Positions 1-5,974 of a stretch of 32,000 nt of DNA are shown piece after piece. Source of the stretch: Desulfocapsa sulfexigens DSM 10523 (GTDB taxonomy: Bacteria; Desulfobacterota; Desulfobulbia; Desulfobulbales; Desulfocapsaceae). The stretch spans positions 3,360,001 through 3,392,000 of the forward strand of contig NC_020304.1 in NCBI RefSeq assembly GCF_000341395.1, given 5' to 3'. The notes beneath the pieces were generated by a model. It made no database searches. It saw only the letters and a program-made list of their open reading frames with translations, and had not been told where the DNA came from. The position numbers and the translations under genes were made by a program. Position 1 is the stretch's first letter. Every line of letters begins with the position of its first letter.

Positions 1-1125
1 GAAATAGATGCAGTTGGTGGTAGCCGTGCTGGAGGAAGCACGGCCAGTGGCCAGGACGAAAGAAGCCAGACCTTGAATGCACTCCTGGTCGAAATGGATG
101 GATTTTCGTCTACTGACACCATTATAGTGCTTGCAGCAACCAATAGACCAGATATCCTGGATCCAGCCCTGAGACGTCCAGGTCGTTTTGACAGACAGGT
201 CAACATCCTGCCACCTGACATCAAGGGCAGAAAACGAATCCTTAAGGTTCACAGTGCCAAAGTTGCTCTTGCCCCTGAAATCAACCTCGACAAAATTGCT
301 CATATGGTTCCCGGTTTTACTGGTGCAGAGCTGGCAAATCTTGTCAACGAAGCGGCCCTGATGGCTGCAAGAGAGCAAAAGAAAGTTGTTAGCCATCAAC
401 ATTTTGAGCAGGCCAGAGATCGCATACTTATGGGGGTTGAACGAAAGGGGAGAATAATGTCCGACGCTGATCGAGAGATTCTTGCCTACCATGAGGCAGG
501 TCACGCAATTGTTGCCAAAACCCTACCCGACGCTGACCCAATCCACAAAATAACCATCATCCCTCGTGGCCAGGCACTTGGCCAGACGCAGCAATTATCC
601 ATTAACGATAGAAGCAGTTATAACTTCAACTACCTGCGCAGTAGAATTGTTATTTTGATGGGTGGCAGAGCAGCAGAAGAGATTGCATTTGGACAACGTA
701 CTACAGGCGCCCAGGGGGACATTGTTCAAGCCACTGAAATTGCGACCAACATGATCTGCAAGTGGGGAATGAGCGATGTAATAGGTCCGCAGGCCATGGT
801 AATAGATAACGCAGGATTCCTTGGAGGCTCATCGCACCGTGTTGAAATGAGTGACAGGACATCGGAAGCAATTGACAAGGAGATAAAAAATCTCCTGGCG
901 TCCTGCCACGATGAAGCAGTAGTAATCATCAAAGAACAATACTACCTTCTCAAACAGCTTGCAGCCATACTCCTTGAGGTTGAAACCCTGGATGATGAGG
1001 AGTTCAACATCATCATGTCCTGTCAATTTAAGGAAAAAATTGCTGCAGGAATAAAAGAAACTCACGAGTGTGAAACCTGCCCTGCAGCTGACAGATGTAT
1101 TCATTCAAAGCTGAAGAAGGACTAG
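1..1125 (+). CDS. ftsH: ATP-dependent zinc metalloprotease FtsH, paralog 1 (5' end outside the window)
   Basis: Frame 1 is open from nt 1 (EIDAVGGSRAGG...[13 protein letters not shown]). It carries the AAA+ second region of homology ATNRPDILDPALRRPGRFDR, the zinc-protease motif HEAGHA, and IPRGQALG. It is collinear with, and roughly 55-60% identical by eye to, the complete FtsH at 12216-14039. The ORF-track start at 73 is an internal TTG. It ends in a Cys/His tail, HECETCPAADRCIH. Confidence 0.93.
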   Translation, partial: EIDAVGGSRAGGSTASGQDERSQTLNALLVEMDGFSSTDTIIVLAATNRPDILDPALRRPGRFDRQVNILPPDIKGRKRILKVHSAKVALAPEINLDKIAHMVPGFTGAELANLVNEAALMAAREQKKVVSHQHFEQARDRILMGVERKGRIMSDADREILAYHEAGHAIVAKTLPDADPIHKITIIPRGQALGQTQQLSINDRSSYNFNYLRSRIVILMGGRAAEEIAFGQRTTGAQGDIVQATEIATNMICKWGMSDVIGPQAMVIDNAGFLGGSSHRVEMSDRTSEAIDKEIKNLLASCHDEAVVIIKEQYYLLKQLAAILLEVETLDDEEFNIIMSCQFKEKIAAGIKETHECETCPAADRCIHSKLKKD

Positions 1126-1135
1126 GATAAAGAAA

Positions 1136-2041
1136 ATGCGGTCCTTAAAAAAAATGAGCTACCTCGTTTTCATGGGGGTAGCCCTTCTCCTCCTGTTGGT
1201 GATCATCTTCATTGTTCGCCAGTATCAACTGTCAGAACAATACGACACCATCATAACACAAAGCGAGAAGATGGTCTTTCAACTGCTGACGATACGGGAA
1301 CAACTCACCACTTCCCTTATCAAACAGGATTGGAAAGCCATCGCCACAACTGCAAACCAACTTGAAGATCTCAACTCTTCCATCGCAAGACTTCAGGAAA
1401 ATCCATTGATCCCAGGTGAGTTCAGACTTGGAATGGCACATCAAGTAGATGTCTCCGGTATAGCTATCGCTTCAAGAGAAATACTTTCAAGTTCTGACAA
1501 GCTTACAAACAGTCTTGTACTACAAGACAAGATGCGCAGTCTCACAGAATATCTTCTTCAGTTTGACCGTATTATAGGAAGTCAAATGCGTGCAAAAGTT
1601 GTGGCTTTCCAGACGGTAATGATAGGCGCACTTGGTGTGATCATTTGCCTAATAAGTTTTTCTCTTATTCTGCTCTACAAAAAGGCTTTAATCCCCCTCC
1701 TCCACCTTAAAAGACAAACCACGGACAACGATGTCATCAGCACTGGATTTCTGTATGACAAAAGCACCTGCTCAGAAATTACCATTTTTGTTGATTCTGT
1801 AAACTCACTACTCGATCAAATGAAAAACAGATCAGCAACTCAGGAACTTCCCCACACACTCAGCGATGAACTTGCTTCTATTATCAATGAAAGCAATAAT
1901 ATATCAAATGGAATCATCAATTATGCTCAATTGTTAAAGGATTCCTACCGTGAGGTTGAGATGGGAAATGAGGAGATGAAAATCCTCCAGAATATTATCG
2001 AAGGAGCTGAAAGAATCGCTCATCTTAACAAACAAATATAA
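1136..2041 (+). CDS. Two-TM membrane sensor-like protein with a DHp-only, His-less histidine-kinase remnant (pseudo-kinase; sensor paralog A)
   Basis: The ATG lies 10 nt after the ftsH stop. Predicted TM helices are at about res 8-27 and 155-180, around a ~130-aa helical loop homologous to the loop of the 16981 protein (ENPLIPGEFRL vs EDILIPEEFKL). The C-terminus INESNNISNGIINYAQ aligns 11/16 with the H-box AHEINNPINGIINYAQ of the 5975 kinase, but Asn251 (nt 1886-1888) replaces the phospho-His. The protein stops after DHp helix 2 and has no HATPase domain. Confidence 0.8.
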   Translation: MRSLKKMSYLVFMGVALLLLLVIIFIVRQYQLSEQYDTIITQSEKMVFQLLTIREQLTTSLIKQDWKAIATTANQLEDLNSSIARLQENPLIPGEFRLGMAHQVDVSGIAIASREILSSSDKLTNSLVLQDKMRSLTEYLLQFDRIIGSQMRAKVVAFQTVMIGALGVIICLISFSLILLYKKALIPLLHLKRQTTDNDVISTGFLYDKSTCSEITIFVDSVNSLLDQMKNRSATQELPHTLSDELASIINESNNISNGIINYAQLLKDSYREVEMGNEEMKILQNIIEGAERIAHLNKQI

Positions 2042-2397
2042 AACTCATTCTGTGCATATGATCAATGTTGGGCAAAACTTAACCTAACATATACTCTTTC
2101 CGATATTCATATAGCTTTAATATAACAAATTTTTTAAATATCTTCTTGCAAGTTTACATGATTTTTTTCAGTATTTTAGAAACAAATTAAGTTCACTGGC
2201 CATACTAATTTTCACTTGACACTACGCTATTATGGCAGTATGCATTGCCTCCAACAATCTCAAACACTACTAAGTAGTAGCATACCATGTGGTATTACTG
2301 GTAACGATTCCCAGTTATTATGCTATTTAGTAATGTAATTAAACGTTTTATTACCTCCTTCATTTCACGCTGACCCATATCTACCGGAGCACAAAAA

Positions 2398-3342
2398 ATG
2401 ATCAAAAGTCCCCTATTAATGACCAGCTTTTTAACCCTTTCCACTTCCCTCCTGCTTGCTGGAAACTGTCTTGCCGAAGACGAATACGACGTCAAGGCCT
2501 ATGGTCCCAAAAGTGCGATCGTCTGGAACACTCCGATCAAGGCAACTTTTGACCATAAAACGCATACCATGGATGCCGGCGTCGAATGCTCGAGTTGTCA
2601 TGATGAAATATTTTCCATGCAACGCGGTACTGCCGTCAATACAAAAAAATTCACCATGAAAGCGATGGCAGAGGGACAGTTTTGTGGCACATGCCACGAT
2701 GGTGACACAGCCTTTGCCACCGACACAAACTGCATGGCATGCCATGGTGTTGCTGAAGAACCTCTCATATGGGAGGCCCCTACCAAGGCATCGTTCAGCC
2801 ATACTAAACATGTTGAAGAGATAGAACTTGAATGCGCGAGTTGCCACAGTGGTGTTTTTGCCATGAAAAAAGGAGCAGCTACTGCCAATAATGACTTCAC
2901 CATGGCTGCGTTCAAGGAAGGCAAGTATTGCGGGGCATGCCACAACGGTGACGATGCATTCGATTCGTCTACCCAATGCCAATCCTGCCACTACCCACCA
3001 ACTGAAAAAATTGTTTTCAACCAGCCCGTTAAATCCGTTGTCTTTGATCACAACATCCATGTTGGTAAAGCAGAACTTTCCTGCGAATCCTGTCACAAAG
3101 ACGTTTTCACTATGAAAAAAGGAACCATCGAAGGTGAAGAACTCAGCTTTTCTGATGACCCTGCAGAGAAACGAAAATATCTTGAAGCTCTGCACAACAA
3201 GTTTTGTGGCACCTGTCACGACTCATCCCAGGCCTTTGGTTATCTTACCCGATGTACTGTCTGTCACATTGGTGTTAAGGGATTCGACAAGATGAATGAG
3301 GGTACCTCCGGCAGTAAGGAGCATGGGAAAACAGGGCATTAA
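2398..3342 (+). CDS. Periplasmic nine-heme cytochrome c (three tandem c7-type triheme repeats)
   Basis: Sec signal peptide MIKSPLLMTSFLTLSTSLLLAGNCLA. There are nine CxxCH motifs (CSSCH, CGTCH, CMACH, CASCH, CGACH, CQSCH, CESCH, CGTCH, CTVCH). They are arranged as 3 repeats of the pattern F-H-x2-H...CxxCH...F-x-M...CGxCH-x-G-x2-AF...CxxCH. GGAG lies 10 nt upstream of the ATG. Confidence 0.92.
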   Translation: MIKSPLLMTSFLTLSTSLLLAGNCLAEDEYDVKAYGPKSAIVWNTPIKATFDHKTHTMDAGVECSSCHDEIFSMQRGTAVNTKKFTMKAMAEGQFCGTCHDGDTAFATDTNCMACHGVAEEPLIWEAPTKASFSHTKHVEEIELECASCHSGVFAMKKGAATANNDFTMAAFKEGKYCGACHNGDDAFDSSTQCQSCHYPPTEKIVFNQPVKSVVFDHNIHVGKAELSCESCHKDVFTMKKGTIEGEELSFSDDPAEKRKYLEALHNKFCGTCHDSSQAFGYLTRCTVCHIGVKGFDKMNEGTSGSKEHGKTGH

Positions 3343-3453
3343 TGGTCATTAGCTGAATCTGATCAGCGGCTGATCTACTGCCAATTCATTACAATTTTTA
3401 TCATTATTTACAGTTATACAAAATTATAGTTTTACAAATTAAGAGGAGAGAAA

Positions 3454-4761
3454 ATGACTGGAAGGATGGTTAATATTTCAAAAAGATGGGGATTTCATGG
3501 CGTCGAAGCCTTGAAAAATGCAAGTCCCCTGTACAAATTAACAATGGGAATGTTTGCACTTCTTGCTCTTGCCGGTGTGTCTGTAGGTCTCCATGGCATG
3601 ATCACCGGATATCACCATGTATACGGTGTAACAAGAGAAATTTCCTGGGGAGTACTTATATCAGCATATATCTTCTGTGTTGTTACCTCAACCGGACTCT
3701 GTATTGTCTCATCCATTGGTCATGTTTTCGGCGGTGAAGCTTTTATGCCCATTGCTAAGCGTGCCGTATTTATGTCAATTGTTTTTATGTTTGGTGGCTT
3801 TTGTATCATATTCTTTGATATAGAAAACCCCTTTCGCATGGCAATCTGGAACGTCATTTCACCGAATTTTGTTTCAAATATGTGGTGGATGGGAACACTC
3901 TACGGAATGTATCTCGTGTTCATGATTGTTGAATATTATTTTCTTCTCGAGCAAAACCATTCCTTATCCCGCCTCATGGGATTCTTTGGACTTGTTGTTG
4001 GTATTGCAGCTCATAGTAACCTGGGCGCAGTTTTTGGAATGCTTCATGGACGCCCATTCTGGTATGGCCCCTATCTTCCAATTTACTTCATCTTCTCCGC
4101 CGCCATGTCAGGTGGTTGCGCCATTCTCTTCTTCACTACACTTGGCTGGAAAATTAACCCTGAAATCATGAACCAGCGAATGGAACGAGCCATAAAAGCC
4201 ATTACGCAGGTCACAATCTTTCTTATTTCTGTAATTATTTTCTTTACCATCTGGAAAATCATTACCGGGATGGTTTCTGAAGGAAAGCATCTTGTTATAA
4301 TGTCTTTCTTGACTGGAGATTATGCCATTAATTTCTGGGTTTTTGAAATTTTCCTTGGAATGGTTCTTCCCCTCTATCTTCTTATCCGTTCACGAGGAAA
4401 CAATTTCAATCTCATTATGTGGGCCACCGGCCTTATGATGATCGGTATTTTCTTCATGCGTTATGACATTGTCATTCCAGGTCAAATGGAATCAGTATAC
4501 CACTCATTGGGTGTTGAAGAAGCCAAAAACATGCTCACCTACACCCCTTCATTCCATGAAATAATGGCCTCGCTCTTTGGTATTGGATTCATTGGCCTTG
4601 CCTATTTCGCCGGTGAAAAGATGCTCAATGGACACCAGCTTGAAAAGCATGAAATCGTCCCTGAGGGAGGCTATATCTGTCCAGGTTGTGGAGCTATCCA
4701 CTTTATGGAAGAAGGTGAAAGCGAAGAAGATGCAATGAAGCGTCACCATAGAATCTGGTAA
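3454..4761 (+). CDS. NrfD/PsrC-family polytopic membrane (quinone-interacting) subunit with a C-terminal CPGC/His-rich extension
   Basis: Strong RBS AAGAGGAG. The 435-aa protein is very hydrophobic with about 10 predicted TM helices and NrfD-like N-terminal helices. It sits between a cytochrome gene and a Tat-FeS gene, as in NrfBCD/Psr-type modules. The family call comes from composition and context, not from a search. Confidence 0.8.
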   Translation: MTGRMVNISKRWGFHGVEALKNASPLYKLTMGMFALLALAGVSVGLHGMITGYHHVYGVTREISWGVLISAYIFCVVTSTGLCIVSSIGHVFGGEAFMPIAKRAVFMSIVFMFGGFCIIFFDIENPFRMAIWNVISPNFVSNMWWMGTLYGMYLVFMIVEYYFLLEQNHSLSRLMGFFGLVVGIAAHSNLGAVFGMLHGRPFWYGPYLPIYFIFSAAMSGGCAILFFTTLGWKINPEIMNQRMERAIKAITQVTIFLISVIIFFTIWKIITGMVSEGKHLVIMSFLTGDYAINFWVFEIFLGMVLPLYLLIRSRGNNFNLIMWATGLMMIGIFFMRYDIVIPGQMESVYHSLGVEEAKNMLTYTPSFHEIMASLFGIGFIGLAYFAGEKMLNGHQLEKHEIVPEGGYICPGCGAIHFMEEGESEEDAMKRHHRIW

Positions 4762-4780
4762 GAAAACGATAGGAAATTTT

Positions 4781-4806
4781 CTTTCTGCAACACACAATGC
4801 AGAAAG
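4781..4806 (+). other. Intercistronic stem-loop (9-bp perfect stem, 8-nt loop, no U-tract)
   Basis: ctttctgca (4781-4789) pairs with tgcagaaag (4798-4806), with loop acacacaa. It lies between the NrfD-like and FeS genes. Confidence 0.5.
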
Positions 4807-4856
4807 AGAAATACCTGCCACCCTACTGAATGAATATTTGAAAGGATAGTTATCCC

Positions 4857-5681
4857 ATGAAATTTCCTAAAATAAATTTTGATAATATGAAGAACGAGGG
4901 AACCTCATCAGTCACCCCTCAAGAAAGACGAAAGTTTTTAAAACTCGGCCTTGCAGTCGCTGGTGTCTACGCAGGAGGAAAGATACTTTCCTTAACCTCC
5001 ATCGTTGGAACTGCGCATGCATCAGGTGGCAGCAGCATTGTAAAAAAATACCCATACAATCCACACTACAGTATGGTTATCCGTCAGTCTCTCTGTATTG
5101 ACTGTGAGAAATGCGTTGAATCATGCAACAAAACCAACCATGTCCCTGAATATGGTTATAGAACTCGTATCCTGACAAAGAAATATTCAGGAACTCTTGA
5201 CAAACAGGTTGAGTTTATTCCTGTACTTTGCAATCATTGTAACGATGCCCCCTGTGTAAGAGCATGCCCAACACGGGCAACCTTCAAGGATCCTATAACT
5301 GGTATTGTACGCATGGAGAGTAAAAAATGTATAGGCTGTAAAACCTGCATACTTGCATGCCCCTATGATGCCCGTTATTTCAGTGCTGAAAGACGCGCTG
5401 TAGACAAATGTGACTTCTGCTGGGAAGAAAGACTCTCAAAGGGCGAGACACAGACCGGTTGTTCATCTGCCTGCCCCACTGGAGCCAGAACCTTCGGCAA
5501 CCTTACCGATCCCGAAAATATTGTATACAAACTGGTTCATCAGCTGGAAGAACAGGTATGGGTTCTCCGTCCTGCCGATGATACTAAACCAAATATTTTC
5601 TATATGAAGGGTAATATGCGCTCGGTTGACAATATTCTCAATGGTCAGAAATTCAAATACTTCGATCCTGACAAAGTGTAA
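4857..5681 (+). CDS. Tat-exported 4x[4Fe-4S] ferredoxin-type subunit (NrfC/PsrB-like)
   Basis: Twin-arginine signal ERRKFLKLGLAVAG. Four Cys clusters are present: CIDCEKCVESC, CNHCNDAPCVRACP, CIGCKTCILACP, CDFC...CSSACP. There is no C-terminal TM helix. Confidence 0.9.
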   Translation: MKFPKINFDNMKNEGTSSVTPQERRKFLKLGLAVAGVYAGGKILSLTSIVGTAHASGGSSIVKKYPYNPHYSMVIRQSLCIDCEKCVESCNKTNHVPEYGYRTRILTKKYSGTLDKQVEFIPVLCNHCNDAPCVRACPTRATFKDPITGIVRMESKKCIGCKTCILACPYDARYFSAERRAVDKCDFCWEERLSKGETQTGCSSACPTGARTFGNLTDPENIVYKLVHQLEEQVWVLRPADDTKPNIFYMKGNMRSVDNILNGQKFKYFDPDKV

Positions 5682-5715
5682 CACACCGCACCTGGAACCT
5701 ATCCCGTTTCATCAA

Positions 5716-5755
5716 TCCCTTCCTACCAGTTCCTGGTAGGAAGGGATTTTTTTTT
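5716..5755 (+). terminator. Rho-independent terminator of the cytochrome/NrfD/FeS operon
   Basis: A 13-bp perfect stem, tcccttcctacca (5716-5728) / tggtaggaaggga (5734-5746), is followed by a run of 9 T (5747-5755). It starts 35 nt after the FeS stop. Confidence 0.9.
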
Positions 5756-5804
5756 CTTACTCCCATACTCTCCTTTTTCACCCTTTCACCACATCCCTAT
5801 TAAT

Positions 5805-5822
5805 CCGGCACGCCTTGTGCAT
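5805..5822 (+). promoter_or_regulatory. Sigma-54 (-24/-12) promoter, P1
   Basis: The sequence is ccGGCACgccttgTGCAt. GG at 5807-5808 and GC at 5819-5820 are separated by exactly 10 nt, and 6/6 of GGCACG match the consensus TGGCACG-N4-TTGCW. The core GGCAC-N6-TGCA is shared with P2 at 11245-11260. Confidence 0.65.
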
Positions 5823-5857
5823 ATGAAACATAAAAAGACAGTTTTGTTGGATTTAAC

Positions 5858-5873
5858 GCTACACTTATGTAGT
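5858..5873 (+). promoter_or_regulatory. 16-mer palindromic motif copy A (GCTACACTTATGTAGT)
   Basis: It matches 11028-11043 at 14/16 and 10994-11009 at 13/16. It has internal 5-bp inverted arms CTACA/TGTAG. It lies in the leader downstream of P1. Confidence 0.5.
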
Positions 5874-5974
5874 TTTGTGTGGTTATTGTGTCTCACGAAA
5901 CCACACATCTGTTCCACTACTCTCTGAAATCTGGAACAGTTATGCATATTTTTTATCAGTAATGGATATACAAA

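Noticed and set aside
2233-2248. Sigma-54-like element TGGCAGtatgcaTTGC upstream of the nine-heme cytochrome gene
   Set aside because: The GG to GC spacing is 11 nt, not the required 10. An overlapping sigma-70-like TTGACA-17-TATGCA (2215-2243) is an equally weak alternative. The promoter of module 1 is therefore unassigned.
2431-3219. 262-aa ORF on the minus strand
   Set aside because: It is entirely antisense to the nine-heme cytochrome gene, whose CxxCH periodicity and signal peptide make the + frame certain. The minus-frame product has no motifs or RBS. It is a shadow ORF.
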